A stretch of DNA of 38,257 nt, from assembly GCA_032718475.1 (NCBI GenBank), contig JAUCBJ010008969.1:1-38257 (forward strand). Direction: 5' to 3'. The notes beneath the pieces are model-generated. The model saw only the letters and a program-made list of their open reading frames with translations, was not told the DNA's origin and did no database searches. Both the position numbers and the translations under genes were made by a program. This DNA is from Nemertoderma westbladi. Its lineage: Eukaryota; Animalia; Xenacoelomorpha. Below are positions 9,500 to 20,091 of this stretch, piece after piece. Position 1 is the first letter of the stretch. Each line of letters starts with the position of its first letter.

Positions 9500-11608
9500 C
9501 TCCACCTAACATATAAATATGTGGGAATACTCCACCTAACATATAAATGTGTGGGAATACTCCACCTAACATATAAATGTGTGGGAATACTCCACCTAAC
9601 ATATAAATGTGTAGGAATACTCCACCTAACATATAAATGTGTAGGAATACTCTACCTAACATATAAATGTGTGGGAATACTCCACCTAACATATAAATGT
9701 GTAGGAATACTCCACCTAACATATAAATATGTGGGAATACTCCACCTAACATATAAATATGTAGGAATACTCCACCTAACATATAAATGTGTGGGAATAC
9801 TCCACCTAACATATAGATGTGTGGGAATACTCCACCTAACATATAGATGTGTGGGAATACTCCACCTAACATATAAATGAGTGGGAATACTCCACCTAAC
9901 ATATAAATGTGTGGGAATACTCCACCTAACATATAAATGTGTGGGAATACTCCACCTAACATATAAATGTGTGGGAATACTCCACCTAAAATATAAATGT
10001 GTGGGAATACTCCACCTAACATATAAATGTGTGGGAATACTCCACCTAACAGATAAATGTGTGGGAATACTCCACCTAACATATAAATGAGTGGGAATAC
10101 TCCACCTAACATATAAATGTGTGGGAATACTCCACCTAACATATAAATGTGTGGGAATACTCCACCTAACATATAAATGTGTGGGAATACTCCACCTAAC
10201 ATATAAATGAGTGGGAATACTCCACCTAACATATAAATGTGTGGGAATACTCCACCTAACATATAAATGTGTGGGAATACTCCACCTAACATATAAATGC
10301 GTGGGAATACTCCACCTAACATATAAATGTGTGGGAATACTCCACCTAACATATAAATGTGTGGGAATACTCCACCTAACATATAAATGAGTGGGAATAC
10401 TCCACCTAACATATAAATGTGTGGGAATACTCCACCTAACATATAAATGTGTGGGAATACTCCACCTAACATATAGATGTGTGGGAATACTCCACCTAAC
10501 ATATAAATGAGTGGGAATACTCCACCTAACATATAAATATGTGGGAATACTCCACCTAACATATAAATGTGTGGGAATACTCCACCTAACATATAAATAT
10601 GTGGGAATACTCCACCTAACATATAAATGTGTGGGAATACTCTACCTAACATATAAATGTGTGGGAATACTCCACCTAACATATAAATGTGTGGGAATAC
10701 TCCACCTAACATATAAATGTGTGGGAATACTCCACCTAACATATACATGTGTAGGAATACTCCACCTAACATATAAATGTGTGGGAATACTCCACCTAAC
10801 ATATAAATGTGTGGGAATACTCCACCTAACATATAAATGTGTGGGAATACTCCACCTAACATATAAATATGTGGGAATACTCCACCTAACATATAAATGT
10901 GTGGGAATACTCCACCTAACATATAAATGTGTGGGAATACTCCACCTAACATATAAATGTGTGGGAATACTCCACCTAACATATAAATGTGTGGGAATAC
11001 TCCACCTAACATATAAATGTGTGGGAATACTCTACCTAACATATAAATGTGTGGGAATACTCCACCTAACATGTAAATGTGTGGGAATACTCCACCTAAC
11101 ATATAAATGTGTGGGAATACTCCACCTAACATATAAATGTGTGGGAATACTCTACCTAACATATAAATGTGTGGGAATACTCCACCTAACATATAAATGT
11201 GTGGGAATACTCCACCTAACATATAAATGTGTGGGAATACTCTACCTAACATATAAATGTGTGGGAATACTCTACCTAACATATAAATGTGTGGGAATAC
11301 TCCACCTAACATGTAAATGTGTGGGAATACTCCACCTAACATATAAATGTGTGGGAATACTCCACCTAACATATAAATGTGTGGGAATACTCTACCTAAC
11401 ATATAAATGTGTGGGAATACTCCACCTAACATATAAATGTGTGGGAATACTCCACCTAACATATAAATGAGTGGGAATACTCCACCTAACATATAAATAT
11501 GTGGGAATACTCCACCTAACATATAAATGTGTGGGAATACTCCACCTAACATATAAATGTGTGGGAATACTCCACCTAAAATATAAATGTGTGGGAATAC
11601 TCCACCTA
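9500..11608. repeat. 30-bp minisatellite, ~70 copies (CTCCACCTAACATATAAATGTGTGGGAATA)
   Basis: Perfect 30-bp periodicity with few variants; begins directly at the LTR end. Confidence 0.98.
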
Positions 11609-11939
11609 CAACCTACAGTAAGACACGAGTTTACTTCACTCACCTTAACAACGAGTATTCAATATGAGCTGAATCTGGTAGACTTTCACCATCACCACGA
11701 CTCCATTCTATCGCTGGGATAGGCATACCTTGTGTGACGTCACAATGGAATTCGACATTACCACCAACAGGTTTTATTTCCTCTTTCGGTATTATATTTA
11801 CCTCGGGTGTATCTGAAATGTAGAAAATACAGCATAGTAAATAGTAATGTCGTCAGACCTAGTAGAAACAAAAACCTACACTACAAGTGCTCGGAAGTCT
11901 AGGTGCAGTTGACTTTAATTAAGGAACGTTTTTTGTTGG

Positions 11940-12275
11940 CCACCAAGCCTATCAAGTATCAAACCAGGAGGTGCCCATAGTACAAGTTGTCGAAAGGAAT
12001 ATAACTCCATAGAATCTATCCAGGGAACTGGATAGAAATCACAGGCAAATTTTAAGGTTAATAAATTAATGAAGTTATATGCGGGACCCGGGACATATGG
12101 AACATTCCGCATCTGCGTAACATTCTGGTATACTGTATACCATTGATGGACCCAGTGTCTTTAGCAATGAGGGCCCATAAAGGTCTACCATAGTGCAGTG
12201 TGACTGCCTCAGCCGAGGCTCCACTGCTGTCAGGACATGTTGAATCTTGAATGAGTACACGTTTGGGGGAGTATA
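11940..12275 (+). pseudogene. Possible eroded Ty3/gypsy integrase C-terminal remnant with PPT
   Basis: Broken translations RIYPGNWIEI / KLMKLYAGP / ILYTI..TIVQCDCL resemble the F.PGD.V / KL..Y.GP / VH.DRL pattern; GGGGGAG follows. Confidence 0.3.
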
Positions 12276-12280
12276 GTTCT

Positions 12281-12304
12281 GGGGGGGGGGGGGGGGGGGG
12301 GGGG
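12281..12304 (+). repeat. Poly-G tract (G24)
   Basis: 24 consecutive G followed by TGGCGGGGTG. Confidence 0.95.
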
Positions 12305-12466
12305 TGGCGGGGTGAAAGATTATAATCCCTGGCCTAACGGCTGAATAAAATAATTCCAGAATTACGGTACTATTGCCTTTAAGTGATGTTATCGGTTATC
12401 GTTATCACAAAATTAGAATTTACTGTAAACAAACATAAAAATACCTAAAATATTCAAAATAATATT

Positions 12467-13722
12467 TGTACGCGCTTTTGAAGACCTTTAGCAGTTTAAC
12501 CTGCCAAAATTTATATGTCTTTTGGTTTATAAATAGACTTTAGAAGTTGACAAATATTTAATACCAATAAACACAACATTAGCAGAAGCCAGCCTAGTGC
12601 GCGTCCATTCACCCGCTGGATATACCCGGGAGACTGGATTCTGAGGGCTTAGATTATTATTGCAGTGTAAGCTTACTGTATTATTCGATTGATCGTTAAT
12701 AAATAATTTCTGACTAATATTATTCACTTTCGGGAAATATTAACAGTTCCTTTAGGACGTGGCGCTCTATCTAGGTAAACAGAGATATGACTTATACTAA
12801 TCACAACGGTAAGTCGGTAAGGCTTATGATTCACGTATGAGGCGCATTCTTTAGGAAATGCTTAGTTATCAGTCACAATCATGCACACTACCGGTAACAC
12901 ACAATACTGCTCACTAATTTGCCGACCGTCAATGAATTTTATCATATATAAAGAGAACAGCAACGGACTCATGTAGTGCTTATCAAATAGCATTAAATTC
13001 ACTACAAACCACAATAATATAAGTCGCAATCGCTATATATAACCCGTCTCTCTAACCTGTAGTGTATCAAGAAAATTGGGAAATTTGGGTTCTTTATAGA
13101 TGTTATCCAAATAATATTCAACCAACAGATACAAAATATGACAACAGCAAACAGCAGCACAACAATGTATGTTGAACCGATAATGCAAGACTGAACGGAG
13201 TTGCACCGATAACAGTTATACGCTCTATAATCTTAAGCCTACTAATGTTTCTTCTAAAGTATGAAAACGAATTGACTCTAGAGCCGGTGTTCCTGGCCTA
13301 GATAGAAACAACACAACAGTAACAAGAAAAACAGTAAGACTGAACACTCCTAGCATGATCTGCCAAAATATCTCCACATCGACAGAAAAAATCGCTCTGA
13401 TTGGCTGTTAAGCTAAACAAAGAACCATGTGTCCAATGGCCGTTTCCATGTCAGCAACCAGCTGTTAGATGTCGTAAGCTGAATCATCAAGGCTAAGCTG
13501 TGCCAGGGTATTTGGTGCATTGCGGGTTTTTTGCCTTACCATGTCCGCCAAAGCACACATATAGAAGAATGACGTTTATGTCCGTTAAAACACCTATAAC
13601 GGTACCTTGCGGGCGAGGGGGATATATATATAGTTAGAGAGCTTTTTAGAGTATTCCAGCGCCTGGGGGGAAACTGGATTGCAAAGCAAAAGGGCCAGTT
13701 ATATCCCACAGAAGCTTTTACA
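12467..13722 (-). repeat. 3' LTR of element 2 (1256 bp)
   Basis: Direct repeat of 27093-28362, bounded by the TSD and the PPT. Confidence 0.95.
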
Positions 13723-13730
13723 CCGCTCCC
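13723..13730 (-). promoter_or_regulatory. PPT (GGGAGCGG) of element 2
   Basis: CCGCTCCC on + abuts the LTR. Confidence 0.8.
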
Positions 13731-13800
13731 AGAAAATGGGATTTGAGTCTATAAAATATACAAAATCACAGTTTCTAATATACGTAAATACTCTAAACAG

Positions 13801-15250
13801 TTAGTCTTTCTTACGCGGACGGCGTTTACGCAGTTTTTTAAAGCTAGCCAGAGTCTTTTTCTCTTTGGGGCGAGCCACTTTACAAGGAGGGCTATAACTC
13901 CTGGGTGAAGGGTGCAATATGATTGCATCAGAGGGTGTAGGATTATGGTCGGTGTATCCGCCAGTCGAAGTACCGGGTTGATTGACATCAACGTCGGGGG
14001 AGAGGGGTCTAACGGCTTTGAGAGCTCGTTTTAAGACAGCCGCTCTTACGGGTCCTTTACGAGTGGTCTGAACGAGAGCCGTGGGTGGACCATAGGCAGT
14101 TAGAAACCTCCGGGGTTTAATGGTTCTTTCCAACTCGCGTTCGCAGGCTCGGTATTCATAAGGCCGTCGATATACTTCCTGTAACTCGGGGTGTGAGTTA
14201 ACAAATAAGTCTCCATAGTCCGGGTCCTGACGGATATAATTGATTAAGCTATAGGAATGAAGGTCGCTAGGATTAACACTCCTGAGAAATTTGCGTACGA
14301 ACTTGGTTGAAATACATTCTCCGACGCGCTTCAGTAGTTCGTAACTCGATATGCGTGATTTCTGTTCGACAGAAGCGAATAGATAAGGATGGAACGCATA
14401 AACTCCTTCGTAAGCGCGTCCAGGATAATAACGATGGCGCGAATCACAATGTAAATCAGCGTTCGCTTCCCAAGCTCTGATGTAACGTAGTGTGATCATT
14501 TCATCTACGCTTTCCAAATCGTGATTAAAAAGGGCAATCGAAACTGGCGCGTCCCTTTAGTTGACAATGGTGCCATTGAGTCATAAATTGAGGGCAAACC
14601 GCAAAAATGTGCAAGTTATTGAGTCTGCAATACGCGCAATAAATTTCCATCGCCGGTTGTTCGTGGAAATAGGAACAGCGGACGTTTGTGTCCATGGGCG
14701 TAACATGGTCTCTCGATGCGCATAACCGACAACGTTGCCGAGAAACATAGTTGGCATGGCGATAATCGTACGCAGTGAGACACTGTGGACCTTGATACCA
14801 TTCTAGGATGTAATCGTTGTCGCTGTTCCGGGCGCGATAGGCTGAATCTCCTCAGATTCTAGGCATATTGGTTCGTCTTCCCAGTCTGTTACGAATAGAA
14901 TTTTCGTGATCTATTTTCGGTTTATCGTTACGACTCCGCTGGGTATGATATTTAAATAGAACCATTTCCCTTTCGGTGTCTACATCGTCCGTATCATGTA
15001 AATCGATAGGATGGCCGGTAGTTAGGAAGTCCATATACGTACCATTACGATGCGTATAGCGAGCGGTGAATTTTCGATAGTCCAATTCACGCGTAAGTTG
15101 CTCTTGGGACATCGGCGGTTCGATATAACGACCATCGTCCTCCGTAATGGTTGGATCGGCTTCACCGCGTATCAAGCTATCCACAAATGCTTGTAAAGGT
15201 AGAGTATATCGCTCCCTGATACCAAGATCATCTTCTATCAACTCCGTCAT
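13801..15250 (-). pseudogene. Accessory env-position gene, ~482 aa when repaired, with triple CCHC zinc knuckle and basic C-terminus
   Basis: ORF 15250-14852 continues past TGA in frame into CRLCASRDH..C / CAYCRLNNLHIFAVCP / WHHCQLKGRASFDCP (to 14525); removing one T from the T5 run joins it to ORF 14517-13801, which ends KKLRKRRPRKKD. Confidence 0.7.
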
Positions 15251-15782
15251 ATCTGCTATCTGAGTTTATTAATATTGTAATGAGTTTATGTTTAGGCGAG
15301 CGGGCGTCGCTGCCTACCTCTCTTCGCCCCGGACAGTGGGATTCTCAGCGCCGATGTACCGTCGTCGCGGTGTTTACGCCAACATGTAGCAACATCACGA
15401 CAACGATAACCGGCACAAGTCACTCCACTGTCCGTCCCAAAGGCTTGAATCCACTTTAGGTTCTTTCTATAGGAGAGTTGGGCTACTTTCACAATTGCGA
15501 CTAGCTACTGTAAACACACCTTAGCAGTAACATTCACCTACAAACGCACAAATTCCACACAACTGTCACCAATTGTACACATACAGGCCATTTGTCCGTT
15601 AGTCAGTGCCTTCCAGAATGTCACGTTATTACTGTGTATCCTTGGATACTAACAGTGTGCTATGTATTCTCTATGCTATGCAATGGGACAAGCTTTCTAT
15701 TGTTCTTTTAACTTGCTTCTAATTCTAGCGTGGGTGTTGCTATGGTGACATTATGGAATGCTAGCGGTAGAATTAGGGTAAT

Positions 15783-18700
15783 AATAATAATAATAATAAA
15801 TGATATTTGTATTTGGTGTTGCAGGCGCCCTTAGGGAGTATTTACACTCTTATCAGGGCGCCTGCAGCTGCCGCACTAATCTAATTTACAATTACCGGTA
15901 AACAAAAGGGTTTTCAGTTCGCGCCTAAATGAGTCATAGGTCATCATGGATTCAGTTGATCGGGTCGATGGCGGTAGTTTATTCCACAAACGAGGGGCAA
16001 ACGAGTAGAAGCTCTTCGATGCTAGGGTGTTTTTCACAAGTGGGACAGAAAGCTTTGAGAGATTGCTGGATCGCAACATACGGGTATCCTCAAGGATAGA
16101 TATTTCATTGCGCAAATAAGTCGGGGCAGTCCCAGACAGACATTTAAATGTGATACAAGCAAGCTTATAATTAATCCGTGATTCAATGGGCAGCCAGTGA
16201 AGGGATTTCAGCATTGCCGTTGCCGAGGTGTACTTGTATTGTCCATTGATAACACGATATCGCGGAGAATGAGTAACCAATCTTGCAGCGCTGTTTTGTA
16301 TCATTTGTAGACGTTTAACTACTGATTTAGCGGATGTTTTAAGGACAGCGTTTGAATAGTCGATTCTGCTGGTTATGAATGCGTGGACTAGGGTTTCTAG
16401 AGCTGAAGTTGTAAGGTAAGGCCGAATTTTATACAAAGACCGGATATAATATTTCGATTTCGCTGCTGTTGCTACTATCTGATCTTTAAATTTCAATTCA
16501 CTATCAAACACAACTCCGAGAGATTTAACCTTATCAGAGAAATCTATCTTAACGTTTCTGTATACAATTGTTCTAGCATTCAGAGGTATCTTCATTCTTT
16601 GTTGTTTCGTGCCATATACAATCAGTTCAGTTTTATCTGGGTTAATTTGTAGGTGATTAACGTCCATCCAATCAGCAACAATATGTAGCACAGCAGTGAT
16701 ACGAGTCTTCAGGGTCTCTATATCATCAGCATATCCAGTCACAAAGAATTGTGTGTCATCAGCATAGTTAGCACCTTTCACTCCTAATGCATCCACACGC
16801 CAGAACAGGTCAGTCATATACGCATTATAAAGTGCTGGCCCAAGGATACTTCCCTGAGGCACGCCGGTTTGAAGCAATGTTTTATCAGATGTACTCTCAT
16901 CAATTTTCACGCATTGATGTCTGTCAGCTAAATAGGACTCAAAGAGATTAAGTGCAGCACCAGTGAACCCAAATTCTTTACTGAGCTTAAATATAAGGTT
17001 TTTGTGATGGACAGTGTCAAACGCCGCACTCAAATCAATATAGGAGCACAAAGTAACTTGTTGATTTTCTATTCCCTTAAGAAATTTATTTAGAAGAAAT
17101 AGATTAGCAGTTTCAGTGGAATGGTGGCGTCTGTAACCAGACTGTGTCTGGTGAAAAGCTAGCTGTGGTGTAGCTCTATAAAGTATCACTTTCTCAACTA
17201 CCTTAGATAAGAAACTAAGGTTTGACACTGGTCGATAATTTTTTAATATCTCAGCATCCAACTCCGGTTTCTTTAAGAGAGGTCTTACGATAGACAGTTT
17301 AAGAAAGGCTGGGAATTCCGCATCTGCTAAAACCATGTTTATATACATCGTTAAGGGCTGAATAACAACGGGAATTACTGATTTAAATAAAGGCGTTGGC
17401 ATACAGTCCAGTTCGCAAGTTGCATTTGACATCTTCCTTATGAGTTGAGCTAAGTCCTCCTCTTGAAAAGGCTGAAATTCACAAAAGTCTGTTTTATACA
17501 ATTTTGGGAGATTATTACATCGACTGCTCGTATTGAATGTCAACATAATAGTGTTAATTTTTTCAGTGAAAAAATGTGAGAACTTTGTTGCCAACTCAGC
17601 ACTATTGCCATGCTTAGTCGGTAAAACAAGGTTTCCTCCCTTTCCCAATAACCTTTTGAACTGTTTCCACAGAAGTTTTGAGTTAGTCGAATTGGTATTA
17701 ATATAATCGCAGTAAAACGCCCTTGTAGAATCGCGAAGCAATTTCGCTAGGTCCGACTTTGCTATATTTAGATTAACTTTGTTCTGCTCAGTCCGTTCTT
17801 TGTGAAACGCAAGTTCACACCGTCTCTTCTCCTTCCGTTTAGTCTGGATCCCCTCCCTATCTTCCTCCCTGATTTTCGAGTGTTTAGTGTTGATCTTTAC
17901 AATCTTCTCTTTCATGGGAACATGTCGTTCAAACAAATTCCTCAGGTTCTTTACCCACGCCTCAAACCCTTTGCATGTTAAATCTCCACTACTCTTATCC
18001 AATCCATTAACTTTCAGCTCCGTTATAAATTTATCCTTATCAAAGTTTTTCCAGGCTCGAAAACTTCTCCGTTCCTCATAAGATTTAGAGACATTTCTGG
18101 ACAGATTCGATATCCATCGCATACTGGCATGATCACTAAACACTTCGTCTATAGGATCCAGATCAACATCAGCGATTTTATAGCCCAGGCTAGCTACAAA
18201 ATCTAGAGTATGACCGTCCTTATGCGTTGGACCCGTCTTCTTGAAATCGAAACCGTGTGTCTCCAATAGATATTGGAACGACTTGTCAGATTCTAACCAT
18301 AAATTCGCATCGCCAAAAATAGTAATTGTGTCGAACTTTAACGACATGTCTTCCAATGTACTATCAATAATTTTCTTATACTCGACAATTGAAGTTGGAT
18401 ACCTTTTACTATTTGGGAGGCGATGAACGACCATGAACAAGTCTTTGTCGGTTGCTAGAAGCAAGGATTCAAACTGTTCATTAGCCGGGATGGGTATTTT
18501 TCGCAGTTTCACCGAGTTGTGCGCTATAACGGCCACCCCTCCTCCAGTACGGTCTTTCCTCGTCAAATGCCGATTATAGTAATCCTCCGGAGTGGCGAGA
18601 TTCAAGAACTCAACGTTGTTCCATAGCTCGACTATGAATACTAAGTCTAGCGTTCTAGCTATTATGTCCTCTTTGACAGCATACACTTTATTCTCATTCA

Positions 18701-18986
18701 GCGAGCGCACATTCTGATACATGCATCTTAGGGAATATTCCTTATCAGCACATCCTCGCCGTCGTTGAGTTTGTTTCTCCGCCATTACTTCAGACACTGG
18801 AAATACGAGTGCATTGACCAGTAGGAGCAACGCCGCGACTACTGGTATGAAGAAAACCAAGTCACAACGTATTACTACCATGATAGAAACAGAATTAATG
18901 GAGTTATCGTAGCGAGTTTAAACTTAGATAATTGTAGAATTCACAGAATACTGAAATCACGGTAATCAGGTAAATCACGGTAAATC
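15783..18986 (-). mobile_element. L2/CR1-group LINE inserted in element 2
   Basis: Intact EN-RT ORF, (TTA)n 3' tail at ~15779-15799, candidate TSD AGGGTAAT at 15775-15782 and 18987-18994. Confidence 0.88.
15876..18881 (-). CDS. LINE ORF2: APE endonuclease + reverse transcriptase (1001 aa)
   Basis: QNVRSL, GGGVAV, GDAN, TLD, SDH (APE); NYRPVSNLSFLSK, DLSAAFDTV, GVPQGSILGP, YADD (RT); QNSAARLV and LHWLPI typical of the L2 clade. Confidence 0.95.
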   Translation of the reverse strand: MVVIRCDLVFFIPVVAALLLLVNALVFPVSEVMAEKQTQRRRGCADKEYSLRCMYQNVRSLNENKVYAVKEDIIARTLDLVFIVELWNNVEFLNLATPEDYYNRHLTRKDRTGGGVAVIAHNSVKLRKIPIPANEQFESLLLATDKDLFMVVHRLPNSKRYPTSIVEYKKIIDSTLEDMSLKFDTITIFGDANLWLESDKSFQYLLETHGFDFKKTGPTHKDGHTLDFVASLGYKIADVDLDPIDEVFSDHASMRWISNLSRNVSKSYEERRSFRAWKNFDKDKFITELKVNGLDKSSGDLTCKGFEAWVKNLRNLFERHVPMKEKIVKINTKHSKIREEDREGIQTKRKEKRRCELAFHKERTEQNKVNLNIAKSDLAKLLRDSTRAFYCDYINTNSTNSKLLWKQFKRLLGKGGNLVLPTKHGNSAELATKFSHFFTEKINTIMLTFNTSSRCNNLPKLYKTDFCEFQPFQEEDLAQLIRKMSNATCELDCMPTPLFKSVIPVVIQPLTMYINMVLADAEFPAFLKLSIVRPLLKKPELDAEILKNYRPVSNLSFLSKVVEKVILYRATPQLAFHQTQSGYRRHHSTETANLFLLNKFLKGIENQQVTLCSYIDLSAAFDTVHHKNLIFKLSKEFGFTGAALNLFESYLADRHQCVKIDESTSDKTLLQTGVPQGSILGPALYNAYMTDLFWRVDALGVKGANYADDTQFFVTGYADDIETLKTRITAVLHIVADWMDVNHLQINPDKTELIVYGTKQQRMKIPLNARTIVYRNVKIDFSDKVKSLGVVFDSELKFKDQIVATAAKSKYYIRSLYKIRPYLTTSALETLVHAFITSRIDYSNAVLKTSAKSVVKRLQMIQNSAARLVTHSPRYRVINGQYKYTSATAMLKSLHWLPIESRINYKLACITFKCLSGTAPTYLRNEISILEDTRMLRSSNLSKLSVPLVKNTLASKSFYSFAPRLWNKLPPSTRSTESMMTYDSFRRELKTLLFTGNCKLD

Positions 18987-19328
18987 AGGGTAATTCTCAT
19001 GCATACAGATCTGGGATGCTATTTAATAATAATTCTTTAATTCTCAATATCCTCTTTATGCATGATTTTATTAATTTTATCGGCTATTGACTATATGTTG
19101 GGGATTCTCGCACTCTAATACACTCAATAGGATGAATCTCCGCTCCCATGATCTATTAATTAATGGAATTTTGGGAATGTTATAAATTGCACAAAATGAC
19201 AATTTGTGAAATTCATTTAAAATATGAATTTAAATTTATTCCCGTGAATTTTATTATTTGATGTTAAAATTGACACAATTTTTATTCCAGAGCATGTCCG
19301 GGGACTGAGGATCCTTAATTCTATAAAA

Positions 19329-19540
19329 TTGTCTTTTAAGAGTATCGGTAAGTGCTGCGATATCTTAATTGACTAGAAATTTTAAAGGATCTGAATTTTA
19401 CAGATTTTAATAAATATTAAATTAATATTTAAGATGGGCACCGATTTATTTCAGAACTTGTCTGGAGACGTTAACCATTGATTCTAGAATTTGTCTTTCA
19501 AGTATATCGGTGGGTGCCGCGATATCTTAATCGACTAGAA
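19329..19540. repeat. Diverged direct repeat, two ~50-bp cores 162 bp apart
   Basis: TTGTCTTT..TATCGGT..GCGATATCTTAAT.GACTAGAA at 19329 and 19491. Confidence 0.7.
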
Positions 19541-20091
19541 TTACAGATGGTCAAAAGGTTTAACAGATTTATTTGCGTTTTACGCTACTGTTAGAGGGAC
19601 ATCATGCTACTATATGTATTATTTAATATAAGGTAGAAGAGCAATATCGCACGAAGCAATGTCAGTGTGAAGAGGCAAGTCGTTTCCAAGGTCTACCCAG
19701 AGCTTGGTTTAGCCGAGACACGAGGATCTGAACTTTGCATTCCTAATACTCTGCCTAACAATAATACTTGAATATAGTAGTGGCTTTATTGTACTTTAAT
19801 AAGTACGGACATTTCATCTTACTGTAGTCACGTATTTATAATATGATACGGACAGTAAGGAAAGAGAAAAAATAATTATTTCTCGCCGTCGCACTAAATA
19901 TATTATAAGTAATTACGTACGTAATAAACACTAATATATTGCACTAATCTACTAAATAATCACTAAAATAACATTTTACTAAAATAAAATTAAAGGAAAC
20001 GATTATAATAAAATTACATAATAATACATACATAAATATAAAATAAAAACAAATATAAAATTATATAGTCACACGCCCACTCCATATGTTA

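Noticed and set aside
9435-11552. 705-aa (MLGGVFPHIY)n ORF and the + strand (GILHLTYKCV)n ORFs
   Set aside because: By-products of a stop-free 30-bp satellite unit; the ORF runs into the LTR and has no gene context
13435-13495. Hammerhead-like TTGATGA...GAAAC in the element 2 LTR (- strand)
   Set aside because: Core lacks the conserved C of CUGAUGA and the stems do not close properly
14525-14534. C CCT TTT as a -1 slippery site
   Set aside because: The downstream ORF is in the +1 frame, not -1; a 1-bp indel is simpler
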